DNA of 64,000 nucleotides from an uncultured Gemmatimonadaceae bacterium (GTDB lineage Bacteria; Gemmatimonadota; Gemmatimonadetes; Gemmatimonadales; Gemmatimonadaceae): positions 544,001 to 608,000 of the forward strand of contig CAWFQK010000004.1 in NCBI GenBank assembly GCA_963817955.1. Direction: 5' to 3'. A model generated the notes under the pieces. The model worked only from the letters and a program-made list of their open reading frames with translations, was not told the origin of the DNA and did no database searches. The translations under genes and the position numbers were made by a program. Below, piece by piece: positions 18,756-30,874 of this stretch; position 1 is the stretch's first letter; the number at the start of each line of letters is the position of its first letter.

Positions 18756-19219
18756 TATTTCTCGGACTTTGGGCTGGTGGAACTCGACGTCGTGGATGTG
18801 CCGCCCGACTTGCGGTCCGTCGCCTTCGCTTCAGCCGGCTTCGAGTCCCCGGCCTTACTCTCGCGTTTCGAGTCGCCCGACTTCGCATCACTCGGCTTCG
18901 TTTCACTCGATTTCGACTCACCAGCCTTCGAGTCGCCCGACTTCGATTCAGTCGACTTCGAATCACCGGAATTCGCCGCCGCCGCGGCCGACTCACCCTT
19001 ATTCGGCGGCGCGTCGCCGGATGTTCGGTGCGCATTCTTGCCGTAGTCGGTCAGATAGAAGCCTGAGCCCTTGAACAGCAAGCCAGCGCCGGCGGACAGC
19101 TGTCGTTCAGCGATCTTCCCGCATATCGGGCACGTCACGTCTGTGACGGCGTCGCTCATCTTGCGATAGAAGCGCTCGAACTCGTGACCGTCGGGACAGC
19201 GATACTCGTAAGTCGGCAT
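18755..19219 (-). CDS. FmdB-family zinc-ribbon protein with S/K/E/D-rich repetitive tail
   Basis: MPTYEYRCPDGH...CPICG...FKGSGFYLTDY. Confidence 0.9.
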   Translation of the reverse strand: MPTYEYRCPDGHEFERFYRKMSDAVTDVTCPICGKIAERQLSAGAGLLFKGSGFYLTDYGKNAHRTSGDAPPNKGESAAAAANSGDSKSTESKSGDSKAGESKSSETKPSDAKSGDSKRESKAGDSKPAEAKATDRKSGGTSTTSSSTSPKSEK

Positions 19220-19352
19220 TCGGCTAAGACTTAGGCGGGAGGACTGAACATCCAAAGCTAGCCGCCGCTCGGAGCTCGTTCAAGTGACGCACTCGGCATC
19301 CCGGCGCCCCGAGCGCGCCGTGGTTGGCCCGAGCCATCGCCGTACATCGGTC

Positions 19353-20928
<1,576 letters not shown>

Positions 20929-20942
<14 letters not shown>

Positions 20943-21966
20943 GCTCCGTCTGGCCGGCGAGCATCTGATGTGCGAGCTCGACTTCGTTCTTGCTGCCGAT
21001 GTAGAGCGGCGTGCGCTGATGCAGTTCCGTGGGTGGGATATCGAGGATGCGTTGCGTCCCGTCGGATGCCGCGCCGCCGGCCTGCTCGACGATGAACGCG
21101 AGCGGATTCGCCTCGTACAGCAGCCGCAGTTTGCCCTTCGGCGATTTCTTGTTCGACGGATAGGCGAAGATGCCGCCGCCCAACAGATTGCGGTGGAAGT
21201 CGGCAACCAGCGATCCCACATAGCGCGTACTCAACGACTTGCGGTCGCCGTCCAACCCCTTGTACTTGCGCATGAGACCGCGAACGTTGTCGTCCCACAC
21301 CTGTTCGTACGAATCGTTCACCGACAGATAGCGGCCCTCTTTCGGGATCCGAATGGTGGGATGCGAGAGCAGGAACTCGCCGATCGATGGATCGAGCGTG
21401 AAGCCATGCACGCCCTGCCCGGTCGTATAGACCATCATCGTGCTCGAGCCATAGATCACGTAGCCTGCCGCCACCTGTCGGCGGCCTGGCTGCAAAATGT
21501 CCTCGAGTTCCCCGTGCCGTCCGCGCGTGATCTTGCGGACGACGGAGAAGATCGTGCCAACGGGCACGTTCACATCGATGTTCGACGATCCGTCGAGCGG
21601 ATCGAACATCAAGCAATACTTGCCGCACTTGAAGTGATCGGGAATCTGAATGATGCCCGGCTCCTCTTCCGACGCCATGGCGCACAGCCGGCCGCCATGG
21701 TCCATGGCTTTGATGATGATTTCATTCGCCAGGACGTCGAGCTTCTGCTGCACCTCGCCCTGGACGTTTTCGTTCTCAGTGGCACCAAGAATGTCGGCCA
21801 GACCGGCGCTGCGCACCTTGTTGGCGATCATCTTAGCCGCGAGCGCGAGATCGTAGAGGACACCGGACAACTCACCCGTGGCTTCGGGGTGATTCCGCTC
21901 TTCCTCGATGATGAAACGCTCGATCGTCACGACCGACGTTGCGGTATGTTTGACCACGCTGATCAT
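20929..21966 (-). CDS. fbp: Fructose-1,6-bisphosphatase class 1
   Basis: [43 protein letters not shown]. Confidence 0.97.
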
Positions 21967-21969
21967 CCT

Positions 21970-22368
21970 CTACGAGTGAATCGTCTGCGCTTCGCGCAGA
22001 CGGGACGCCGCGTACTGGCGCGCCTCGACTTCGAAGCGATTCCTAACATAGCCGTGCCGCAACGACTCCCACAGGTACAGGAGAGGAAACGCTGCGCTTG
22101 CCTCAAACTGATGGGTATGCCGAAGTTCATGCAAGAGTAATTCGGCCGACGGCGCAATCTCTGGTGCCAACCAGATCGTTCGCCAGAGGGTAATCGCCGA
22201 CACAGTGTGCCGTCCGAGGCACCATCCCCCGACGCGCACCGGCAAACCGCCACGACGCCACCGGGCGCACGCCAGCTCGGGATACCGAGAGAGGAGATGC
22301 GTTGGCAACTCAGTCGGACGCCCGATCACGGCGCGCGCGGCGGCGGTGATGACGCTGGCAATTCCCAT
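21970..22368 (-). CDS. Small HEXXH protein (DUF4157-like putative metallopeptidase)
   Basis: AITLWRTI...LLLHELRHTHQF...GYVRNRFEVEAR. Confidence 0.7.
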   Translation of the reverse strand: MGIASVITAAARAVIGRPTELPTHLLSRYPELACARWRRGGLPVRVGGWCLGRHTVSAITLWRTIWLAPEIAPSAELLLHELRHTHQFEASAAFPLLYLWESLRHGYVRNRFEVEARQYAASRLREAQTIHS

Positions 22369-24548
22369 GTGTCTCCTGCCGCATCGACGAACAGCCGATG
22401 GCCATCGGTTCGCACGACGATGGTACCCAGGCGGTCGGTTCGCAATACCTGCGCCCGTCGCGCCGCCAGCGCCCGCAGAACGGCGGGGGTCGGAAGGTCA
22501 TAGGTGTTCCCCGCCCCGACGGACACGAGCGCCACACGCGGTTGCACCGCGTCGAGAAAAGCCGCGCTGCTGCTCGTGCCACTCCCATGGTGCCCCACTT
22601 TCAATACGTCGGCGGTCAGGCGACTTCGGTCGTGTGCCAATAACCACTCTTCTTCCGGGCGCTCGGCGTCGCCCATGAGCAACAAGCGGACGTCGCCCAC
22701 GCGCACCAACGAAACGACGCTCGCCAGATTCGGATCGGCGAGCGATGCAGTCCACGCAGAGTCAGGGGCCAAAAATGTGATCGTGATGCCGTCAACCGAC
22801 AGGCTGTCTCCCGGATGTGCGCGCCTCCATTCCACGCCTTCCTCGCGTGCCGCGAGGAGGGATGCTTGATACGCCTCGGCCGGTCCGGGAAACGCCGCGT
22901 CGATGTACGCCTGAGGATGGAACGCCCGCAGCACAGTCGCCGCGCCGCCCACGTGATCGGTGTGCGGGTGCGATAGGACGAAGAAGTCGAGCCGCCCGCC
23001 CCGCCGGCCGATGTATGGCACAATCGTCGAGCGACCAGCGTCACCGCCGAGCCAGGCACGCCCTGCATCGAACAGGATCCAGTGTCCATGCGCGGTACGC
23101 AACGCGACGGCATCGCCCTGGCCAACATCGATCATGTGCAGCTCGACGTATCCGGACCGCTCGGGCACGAGCGGGAGCCAGAGCATTCCTGCACAGGCAG
23201 CGGCGGCTATTGTTGCCGGCCGAATCCAGTCGCGCGACGCACATGCCACGACGACGCCAACCGACATGATGCCGGCGATCACGGCGCAGGCCAGCGTCGG
23301 TGCCACGATGACCGACGCGTGCGGCAGAGATGACGCCGTCGCCGCGACGTCATTCAGTGCGAATAGAAGCGGATGCACGGCGTCGCCGATCAGCTTGGCC
23401 ACGACGGGGAATGGCGACAGGACGAATCCCGCGAACACCATTGGCTGCACGACCGCCATCAGGGGACCAGCCGCGAGATTGCTCAGCGGTGCAACGACAC
23501 TCACACGTCCGAACACCCACGCCACGATCGGCGCCGAGGCAATCGTCGCGACCGTCGTACCGATCAACGTCACGACAATCACGTGCAGCAGCCAGTGCAG
23601 CCGGTGAGCACCAATGCGCTTCGCGAGCATGCCCGCGGAAATCATTGCTGCCACGCCAATGACGCTCAGTTGATATCCGACGTCGAGCACGACCCGTGGA
23701 TCGATCACTGGATGCGCCGCACCGAGCGAGACAATCGCCCAGCGCGAGGTTGGCCGCTGCGCCATCCGGCAGGTGAGGGCAACGACGAGCATCACCGCCG
23801 CGCGAACGGCAGGAATTGGCGCGCCGATCAAGGCCACGTACAGCACGATGACTCCGATCGTCGCGGTCGACGCCCGCTGTCGCGGAAGGCCGCACAGCTC
23901 GAGTGCGAGCTCGATGGCCCCCGCGATTATACCGATGTGCAGGCCGGCGATGGCCAGAATGTGCGCCAGTCCAGCGGCCGCGAATCGATCGCGAATCTCC
24001 GGCGACAGTTCGTGGCGATCGGCAATGAGCAGGGCGCGTACGAGCGGTGCATCGGCGTCGAATGTGCGGTCGATCGCGCGGCCAGCCGCAGCACGCCAGC
24101 GGCGTACTCCCGACGGCGCCCGCACGACCACGATTCTCGCATGCTGCACAAGCACCCCGCGCGCGGCACGCACGATATTTCCACGCGCACGGACGGTGGC
24201 GCCCGCTGAGGCGCTTCCTCTGTCGACCGACACCGCCACCGACGCGTTGCAGTGCTCGAGTTCACCGCGCACGTACGCACCGGGCGCCGCGCTATCGCCG
24301 AGGACGAGCGTCAGCACGGGCGCACGTAGCGCGCGCTCGAGACAGGTCGCCGCGGCGCGATCGCTCGCGCGGGCGATGACGATCCCGGCCAGCGCCAACG
24401 CGGCGCATACCCCCATCGGCGTGTGCCCCCGCCGACGCGCCGTGACCGCCGCGGCGGCACACGCAAGAATGCCGAGCGATGGCGATCCGGAATATCCAGC
24501 CATGAGGCCGGCGAGGTAGGCAACGAGCGCGAATGCAACGAGAGGCAT
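22326..24548 (-). CDS. comEC: DNA internalization competence protein ComEC/Rec2
   Basis: GLAHILAIAGLHIG competence domain, then a metallo-beta-lactamase domain (DVGQGD, SHPHTDH, KVGHHGS). Confidence 0.93.
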   Translation of the reverse strand: MPLVAFALVAYLAGLMAGYSGSPSLGILACAAAAVTARRRGHTPMGVCAALALAGIVIARASDRAAATCLERALRAPVLTLVLGDSAAPGAYVRGELEHCNASVAVSVDRGSASAGATVRARGNIVRAARGVLVQHARIVVVRAPSGVRRWRAAAGRAIDRTFDADAPLVRALLIADRHELSPEIRDRFAAAGLAHILAIAGLHIGIIAGAIELALELCGLPRQRASTATIGVIVLYVALIGAPIPAVRAAVMLVVALTCRMAQRPTSRWAIVSLGAAHPVIDPRVVLDVGYQLSVIGVAAMISAGMLAKRIGAHRLHWLLHVIVVTLIGTTVATIASAPIVAWVFGRVSVVAPLSNLAAGPLMAVVQPMVFAGFVLSPFPVVAKLIGDAVHPLLFALNDVAATASSLPHASVIVAPTLACAVIAGIMSVGVVVACASRDWIRPATIAAAACAGMLWLPLVPERSGYVELHMIDVGQGDAVALRTAHGHWILFDAGRAWLGGDAGRSTIVPYIGRRGGRLDFFVLSHPHTDHVGGAATVLRAFHPQAYIDAAFPGPAEAYQASLLAAREEGVEWRRAHPGDSLSVDGITITFLAPDSAWTASLADPNLASVVSLVRVGDVRLLLMGDAERPEEEWLLAHDRSRLTADVLKVGHHGSGTSSSAAFLDAVQPRVALVSVGAGNTYDLPTPAVLRALAARRAQVLRTDRLGTIVVRTDGHRLFVDAAGDTWELPASSPPPRAP

Positions 24549-24624
24549 GTCGGGGGAGTGTTCGCTCCGCGCCAGACATGCCTCGCATCATTGTACCGCG
24601 ACCAGGATCACGATCGTGCCGCGG

Positions 24625-25965
24625 TCACCCCGCCAGCGGGAGCGGTCGGCGGTCGCGAACGATCTGACCGGTGAAGGTCGATCCCGTAGTCCCCGTGAAC
24701 TCCACGGGCAGATACTGCCCGACCATGCGTTCATCGCCCGGCACGAGCACCGTCTTGAAATCGCGTGTACGCGTTTGCAGCAGTTCGCCGCCGCGGCGGG
24801 CAACCTTCTCCACCAGCACTTCGGCACGCACGCCAAGCTGCTGGAGGTTCGACGCGCGTGCGATGCCGCGCAGCGTTTCGACGAGGCGCGCCAGACGCTC
24901 GCTCGCGACCTCGTCCGGCACAGTCAGCTCGGCCGGCATGCGGGTAGCCGGGGTGCCGTCACGCGGCGAAAACTTGAAGGTGAAACCGTCGGCGAACCCA
25001 ACTTCGCGCACGGCGGCGAGCGTCTCCTCGAAGTCCTCGTCCGTCTCGCCCGGAAAGCCGACGATCACGTCCGTGGTGACCGACAATCCCGGGATAGCCG
25101 AGCGCAGCCGAGCCACGCAGTCGAGATAACTCTCGCGCGTATAGCGGCGCAGCATGCGTTTGAGAATCCGAGACGACCCGGACTGCATGGGCAGGTGCAC
25201 GTGCTCGCATACGGCCTCCACCTCGGCCATCGCCTCGATCACCGGATCCGTGAAGTCGTTCGGATGTGGGCTCGTGAAGCGGAGTCGCCGAACGCCGTCC
25301 ACGCGGCCCACGGCACGCAGCAGATCGGCAAACCCAGACTTGCCATCGAAGTACGAATTCACCGTCTGGCCGAGCAACACCACTTCAGTCATCCCCTCGG
25401 CGACCACCGCTTCGACTTCGCGAACGACATCGGCGAGCGCTCGACTGCGCTCCGGTCCACGCGTGGTCGGCACGATGCAGTAGGTGCATTTATAGTCGCA
25501 GCCGCGCTGCACCGGGATCCACGCCTTGACCTTGTCGAAGCGTCGCGGCTGGAAATCCTCGTAGTGTTCCTCGAGGTCGAACGTGGTCGCGACGTTCCGT
25601 TCGCCGTGGCGCGCACCGTCGATGAGCGCCGGAAGTGCACGATAGCTGTCGGGTCCGATCACGAGACTGACGTGCTTTGCCTTCGCGAGAATCTGCGGGC
25701 CGAGCCGCTGAGCCATGCAGCCGGTAATCCCCATGATTGCGCCGGGCTTCATATTCCGCTTGAGCTCGCCGAGGCGCCCGATAACGCGCTGCTCGGCGTG
25801 GTCGCGGATGGCGCAGGTGTTGAGGAGGATGACGTCGGCGCCGTCGGCCTGATCGACAGCGTCATACCCATGCGCCGCGAGCTTGCCGAGCATCAGCTCG
25901 GAATCGCTCACGTTCATCTGGCAGCCGTACGTCTCGACGTACACGGTGGGGCGCGGATCGGTCAT
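24625..25965 (-). CDS. miaB: tRNA-2-methylthio-N6-dimethylallyladenosine synthase
   Basis: TYGCQMNVSDSE, NTCAIR, GCDYKCTYCIVP radical-SAM motif, C-terminal TRAM domain. Confidence 0.95.
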   Translation of the reverse strand: MTDPRPTVYVETYGCQMNVSDSELMLGKLAAHGYDAVDQADGADVILLNTCAIRDHAEQRVIGRLGELKRNMKPGAIMGITGCMAQRLGPQILAKAKHVSLVIGPDSYRALPALIDGARHGERNVATTFDLEEHYEDFQPRRFDKVKAWIPVQRGCDYKCTYCIVPTTRGPERSRALADVVREVEAVVAEGMTEVVLLGQTVNSYFDGKSGFADLLRAVGRVDGVRRLRFTSPHPNDFTDPVIEAMAEVEAVCEHVHLPMQSGSSRILKRMLRRYTRESYLDCVARLRSAIPGLSVTTDVIVGFPGETDEDFEETLAAVREVGFADGFTFKFSPRDGTPATRMPAELTVPDEVASERLARLVETLRGIARASNLQQLGVRAEVLVEKVARRGGELLQTRTRDFKTVLVPGDERMVGQYLPVEFTGTTGSTFTGQIVRDRRPLPLAG

Positions 25966-27215
25966 CAGTCAGCGGGATAGGCGAGCACGCGATTGCCCTG
26001 TGAGACGAGCCGCGCGGCGTAGCGGTCTCCACGCGGGCGGGCCGGGTCGGCGAGCAACACCGAAAGGTAGTCGCCGGTCAGCCCTTCGCGCGCGCCGGCC
26101 CCGCCGATCACGATGACGTCAGCCTGACCACCGATGCGACCGGTCAGATACGCCGAGGCCTTGTCGCGGGCGAGCGCGCGGATCTCGGCTGCCCGCGCGC
26201 CCGCCACCGACGGTGTGACCTGGTCCGGAAGCCGTTCGGACGGCGTGCCCGGCCGAACGGAGTATGGAAAGACATGCAAGTACGTGAACGGCAAGCGATC
26301 CACGAGGCGCATCGTCGCCGCGTGATCCTCGTCGCGTTCGCCCGGGAATCCGGTGATGACGTCCGCGCCCAATCCAAGAACGCTCATGGTTGCGGCGAGC
26401 CGCTCGATCGCGTCGGCATAGGTGGCGCTCGTATACCAGTGTCGGCCCATGCGTCGCAGCACCCGGTCGGATCCCGACTGGAGGGGCGCATGGACGTGCG
26501 GCACAAGCCGCTCTGGCATGCCTGCGAACAGGGCCAGGAGCACGTCGTCGACCTCCGTGGCTTCGATCGACGACAGACGGAAGCGGACCGCGGCGACGTC
26601 GCGCACGAGACGCGTCATCAGTGCGGCGAGCGAGGTGCCGATGTCCGCGCCATATGTGCCGATGTGAATGCCAGTGATGACGATCTCCGGATGATGTTCG
26701 GCGAGCACCGACGCCTCATGCACCAGCTCGTCCACCGGGCGGCTCCGATTCGCGCCGCGCGCCATGGTCGTCGCGCAGAACGTGCAATGTTCGTCGCAGC
26801 CATCCTGGATGCGGAGCAGCGCGCGCGTCGAGCGCTGGCGTTCGGTGAGCACCGCGCTGACGGCGACGGGCAGATCGAGCGCCTTGGCGATCGCCGGGAG
26901 ATCTGCGCCGGCAATGACGTGATCCACCGTGGGCAGTGTCCCGAGCCGGCGCTCGATGGGACGATCGCGCTCCAGCGCCGACGCGCATCCCATGACGATG
27001 CTGCGCAACTCCGGCCGCCGACGTGCCGCCTGGCGCACCACCTTGCGCAACTCGGCTTCAGCGCTCGCTGTGACGGCGCAGGTATTGAAGACCGCGGCGT
27101 CGGCCTCCTGCACGGATTCGACGACCTCGTAGCCGCCCGATGCAAGCATCGTGCGGACCGCTTCGGTGTCGTACTGATTGGCGCGACACCCGAAGGTGCG
27201 CAGGTACACCCTCAC
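25965..27215 (-). CDS. mtaB: MtaB-type tRNA methylthiotransferase
   Basis: TFGCRANQYDTE, NTCAVT, IQDGCDEHCTFC, TGIHIGTYG, HVFPYSVRPGT. Confidence 0.85.
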   Translation of the reverse strand: MRVYLRTFGCRANQYDTEAVRTMLASGGYEVVESVQEADAAVFNTCAVTASAEAELRKVVRQAARRRPELRSIVMGCASALERDRPIERRLGTLPTVDHVIAGADLPAIAKALDLPVAVSAVLTERQRSTRALLRIQDGCDEHCTFCATTMARGANRSRPVDELVHEASVLAEHHPEIVITGIHIGTYGADIGTSLAALMTRLVRDVAAVRFRLSSIEATEVDDVLLALFAGMPERLVPHVHAPLQSGSDRVLRRMGRHWYTSATYADAIERLAATMSVLGLGADVITGFPGERDEDHAATMRLVDRLPFTYLHVFPYSVRPGTPSERLPDQVTPSVAGARAAEIRALARDKASAYLTGRIGGQADVIVIGGAGAREGLTGDYLSVLLADPARPRGDRYAARLVSQGNRVLAYPAD

Positions 27216-28414
27216 GCCGGCGCGGTGCCCGTCGAAATACCGCGCGCTTCACGATGCGGCGGCTTCGTGGGCAAGACAAAATGGAACGAGCTGCCCTTTC
27301 CCTCGCCCGGACTCTGCACCCAGATCCGGCCGCCGTGCGCGTCGATGACGAGCTTACAGAACGCCAACCCGAGTCCGGAACTGCGTGTGCGCGGGATGTT
27401 CGGATTCTTCACGCGTTCAAACTTGCGGAAGATCACTTCATGATACTCCGGCGGAATGCCGGGACCATTGTCAGTCACGGTGAAGAGGATGCCGTCATCC
27501 TCGCGGCGGGCAGACAACTGCAGCTTGATGGCGCTCGCCGTGTGCGTCAGCGCGTTCTGCACGAGGTTCCCGAGCACCCGCTTGAGCAGCGGCTTGTCGG
27601 CGTCGAAGACCGGCGCGTCGTCGGCCACCTCCACCGTCGCCGCCGCGTGTTCCTGCTGAAAGCGGATTGCCCATTCGTGCAGGATCTCGTTGAGCAGCGC
27701 CGCCGGCGCGATCGGCTGCAGATCGAGCGCCACGTTCGCTTCCTCGAGGCGCGACACCTCGAGCAAGTCGCCGATGAGCGCCAAGAGATCCTCGGCCTTG
27801 CCCTCGGCGTCCGAGAGCATCGACCGCTGCTCGGCATTGAGCGCGCCCAGATCGCCGTCGATCAGCATCTCCATACTCGCCAACACCGACGTGAGCGGCG
27901 TCTTGAGATCGTGCACGATCATCTTCATCAGATCGTCGCGCATCTTCTCGACTTCGCGCAGCTTACGCAGCGTGTCCTCGAGTGAGTCGGTCGCGGCTTT
28001 CAGCTTGAGGAGGCTGCGCACGCGCGCTCCGAGCACCAGCCGGTTGTGCGGTTTGGTCAGGAAGTCGTCGCCACCAGCTTCGATCGCCTTCACACGATCC
28101 GTGGTGTCGTTGAGCGCCGTCACGAAGATGACAGGAATGCTCTTCGTGCGCGGATCGCGCTTGATGCGCCGGCAGACCTCGAAGCCAGTCGACCGGTCGT
28201 CGACGCCAAGCGTCCCTGCCGGCATGGAGACATCGAGAATACAGAGGTCCGGCCGATGCTCGAAGCACCCGGCGAGCGCGCTCGGACCGTCGAAGGCGGC
28301 GACCGCGCGGAAGCCGAGGACGTGGAGTTGATCGAACAACAGCTCCACGTTCGCCGCGACGTCGTCGGCGACGAGAATCAGCGGTGCATGTTCGGAGGGA
28401 GCGTTGATCTCCAC
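27212..28414 (-). CDS. Hybrid response regulator receiver / histidine kinase
   Basis: Receiver (LVADD, ILDVSMP, FLTKP), H-box VHDLKTPL, N-box NLVQNA, DNGPGIP, GLGLAFC. Start uncertain (GTG 28414). Confidence 0.9.
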   Translation of the reverse strand: MEINAPSEHAPLILVADDVAANVELLFDQLHVLGFRAVAAFDGPSALAGCFEHRPDLCILDVSMPAGTLGVDDRSTGFEVCRRIKRDPRTKSIPVIFVTALNDTTDRVKAIEAGGDDFLTKPHNRLVLGARVRSLLKLKAATDSLEDTLRKLREVEKMRDDLMKMIVHDLKTPLTSVLASMEMLIDGDLGALNAEQRSMLSDAEGKAEDLLALIGDLLEVSRLEEANVALDLQPIAPAALLNEILHEWAIRFQQEHAAATVEVADDAPVFDADKPLLKRVLGNLVQNALTHTASAIKLQLSARREDDGILFTVTDNGPGIPPEYHEVIFRKFERVKNPNIPRTRSSGLGLAFCKLVIDAHGGRIWVQSPGEGKGSSFHFVLPTKPPHREARGISTGTAPA

Positions 28415-28421
28415 GAACGGC

Positions 28422-29594
28422 TCACGGCCGAACGCTGAGACCGAGACTGATGATCCACGCCTTCTCGCTGGCGGCGATCGCGGCAGTCCGGTCTGCGTGT
28501 ATGAGGGCAAGGTCTGCGAGCACGTGTCCATTGGCGAGGCTGGTCCCCACGCCGCCGGAAATACTCTTCTCCGTGACCGTGTGGCCCGAGGTCTGGAAGG
28601 GCAACGTGCGATCTCGGAAGCCACCGCGCAGAGAGATGCTCCGTTCGCCCCACCGTGGCCCGGCGATGTCGGCCCCAATGCTCGTGTCCCAGGCGTCCAC
28701 GCCGACCAGTCCTTTGGACCCGAGGCTGCCCAGCGACGACCAGTTCTCCCGGGAGGTGCGCACCGCGATCGCCGAATTCGCGATTCCCGTATATGCGATC
28801 GACGCGCCGTAGCGGTTCGGGACGTTGGCCGACGTCAGTGCCGTGTCCGACGCCGACAGATTCAACGTTCCGCCGGCACGCCCGGAGAATGCCACTTCGA
28901 CGCTGTTCGACATCAGTTGCACGCCACCCGATACAGCCTTGCCGCTGAAACCCAGCACGCGTTGCTGTGTGAACGACGAGAACTCGGTGGTATCGCTGGG
29001 GAACGCTTGCGTCAGCGTAATCAGATTGCGTCCGGTGATCGCATGCACGCCCAACCCAAGATGGAGCCACGACGTTGGCAAGAACGCCGACGCGAGACGA
29101 ACGTCGTTCATCGCCCCGTCGATCTTGTACGTCGTGGTCATCGGGATACTGTCCGTTCCATTCAACACCTGGATCGTGTTGAATGATGTGCTCGACGTCC
29201 GGTCCAGCAACGTCGACGACCCGATACTGAACACCCAGCGGGAGCCGATCGGTATGGCGCCGAACACAATGGGATATCTAGCAGTAGTCGTGCGTTCCGG
29301 GCCGGCCGACGTGGTGACGGTCCGGTACTCCGGTTCGATCTGAAAGTATACAAGACGTGACCCGAGCTGCCCGATGGCCGCGGGGTTGATCGGCGACAGC
29401 GGATCCATTTCGCCGAGCGATCCGCCGGCGCCGGACGCGCGGGTGCTGAACTGGCCCGTGGGATAGCCGAAGCCTTGGCTACTCAGATTAGACTGTGCTC
29501 GCAGCACGACCGGCGTTGCAAGCAGGAGCGCGGCCAGGAGCAGCGCCCCGCCGTGGATGGTGCGTATGACGCGCATCGTGAAGGACATCATCAT
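28422..29594 (-). CDS. Hypothetical outer-membrane protein (probable beta-barrel, FadL/OmpP1-like N-terminus)
   Basis: Signal peptide, SSQGFG...GAGG...INPAAI segment, terminal amphipathic strand WIISLGLSVRP. Confidence 0.65.
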   Translation of the reverse strand: MMMSFTMRVIRTIHGGALLLAALLLATPVVLRAQSNLSSQGFGYPTGQFSTRASGAGGSLGEMDPLSPINPAAIGQLGSRLVYFQIEPEYRTVTTSAGPERTTTARYPIVFGAIPIGSRWVFSIGSSTLLDRTSSTSFNTIQVLNGTDSIPMTTTYKIDGAMNDVRLASAFLPTSWLHLGLGVHAITGRNLITLTQAFPSDTTEFSSFTQQRVLGFSGKAVSGGVQLMSNSVEVAFSGRAGGTLNLSASDTALTSANVPNRYGASIAYTGIANSAIAVRTSRENWSSLGSLGSKGLVGVDAWDTSIGADIAGPRWGERSISLRGGFRDRTLPFQTSGHTVTEKSISGGVGTSLANGHVLADLALIHADRTAAIAASEKAWIISLGLSVRP

Positions 29595-30859
29595 GGCAAT
29601 CCGAAGCTCGTCTGCGGTACGTATGTGATGCGAAGCCGCGGCCGGAGGGCGGCGATCGCCGCCTTCGTGGAGAAGAAGTCGATCTCCACGGGCAACTGCC
29701 CTTCCGCTCCGCTCCGCAGCGCGATACTCCGCGGGCTGACCGTCGATGCGTTATTCCGCCAGGTGCGCACGAGTCCGACGATCTCGAACGAGCGCACGCC
29801 GGTGTCGCTCGGCGCGAGGAGCAACGAATCCATGCCGAATTGCCCCGTGGCACCGAGGAATTGCAGCGCGCTGGCGACGTCGGTCACCAACGGGCCAGCG
29901 AGCACGGCGACTGGATACACGAAGACGGAATCGTGGGGATCGAGCCGGAGATTGGGGAGCTGCGTCAACTGGAGCGTCGCGCGCACGATCGTCGTGGAGT
30001 CGACGATCCGCGAGGGAACGTCAAAGTGCATGAACACGCGCCGCGAGGGCAGTCCACCCACGGAGAGCAAGGTGCCCGGCGTGGTGGTCTGTCCCTTAAG
30101 CACAATTGTATAGTCGGCGAGCGGGCCGGACAGGAATGGTTCGTTCAGCGGCGTCGCCGAGAGCGGCGTGACCGTCACCGGCGAGGCCGTCGTGTCGAGT
30201 GACGCCTTGAATACCAGATTCACCGGTTGGCTCGACTGCGTGGTGCCGATGCGCAAGTCGTATCCCAGTGCACTGACCAAGCGAAAGCCGACGCGCAGGC
30301 GTTTGCCGTTCAGCACCCGATCGAGGACTGAATCGGTGGAGATGGGGATGCGGAGCGAGTCCAGCAGCGATTCCGGCGCAAATGTCTTGGACCCGAGAAA
30401 CCGGTCGGGTCGAAACAGCGATCCGAGAATCGACGCGACGGTATCGGTCGCCGTGGTGTCGACATCGTACGCCTCGATCGTCACCGGCGCCTTCGGGAGA
30501 TGCAACGAGTCGGGCTTCACGATGGGCACGACGAGCGTGGCCGTATCGATGTGCACGATGGTGCTGTCGACCGAGTTCTTGGTGTACGATTGCGGCAGCG
30601 TATCGAATCGGACGATCGCGCGTGTCTCCGCCGTATCCCCGTGCGACGCAAGCAGCAGGTACGTCTCGGCGCCGATCGGTGGAAGGCCGAGCACGGTCGT
30701 GTCGCTGATCACCGCGTCGATGGTGGTGTCGTGGAGCGAGATCGATTGCTGGGGACAGAGGAGCGGGCAGGAACGTCCCGCCTCCAGCTTCTCGCTGCAG
30801 GCAGCGATCGACAGGATCGCCGCGGCGGTCGTCGCGAGCATCAGAAACTTCTTAAACAA
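29591..30859 (-). CDS. Hypothetical lipoprotein
   Basis: Lipobox LSIAAC. Beta-rich 422-aa ORF coupled to the downstream gene. Confidence 0.7.
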   Translation of the reverse strand: MFKKFLMLATTAAAILSIAACSEKLEAGRSCPLLCPQQSISLHDTTIDAVISDTTVLGLPPIGAETYLLLASHGDTAETRAIVRFDTLPQSYTKNSVDSTIVHIDTATLVVPIVKPDSLHLPKAPVTIEAYDVDTTATDTVASILGSLFRPDRFLGSKTFAPESLLDSLRIPISTDSVLDRVLNGKRLRVGFRLVSALGYDLRIGTTQSSQPVNLVFKASLDTTASPVTVTPLSATPLNEPFLSGPLADYTIVLKGQTTTPGTLLSVGGLPSRRVFMHFDVPSRIVDSTTIVRATLQLTQLPNLRLDPHDSVFVYPVAVLAGPLVTDVASALQFLGATGQFGMDSLLLAPSDTGVRSFEIVGLVRTWRNNASTVSPRSIALRSGAEGQLPVEIDFFSTKAAIAALRPRLRITYVPQTSFGLP

Positions 30860-30874
30860 AACGAGCTCTCCGGT

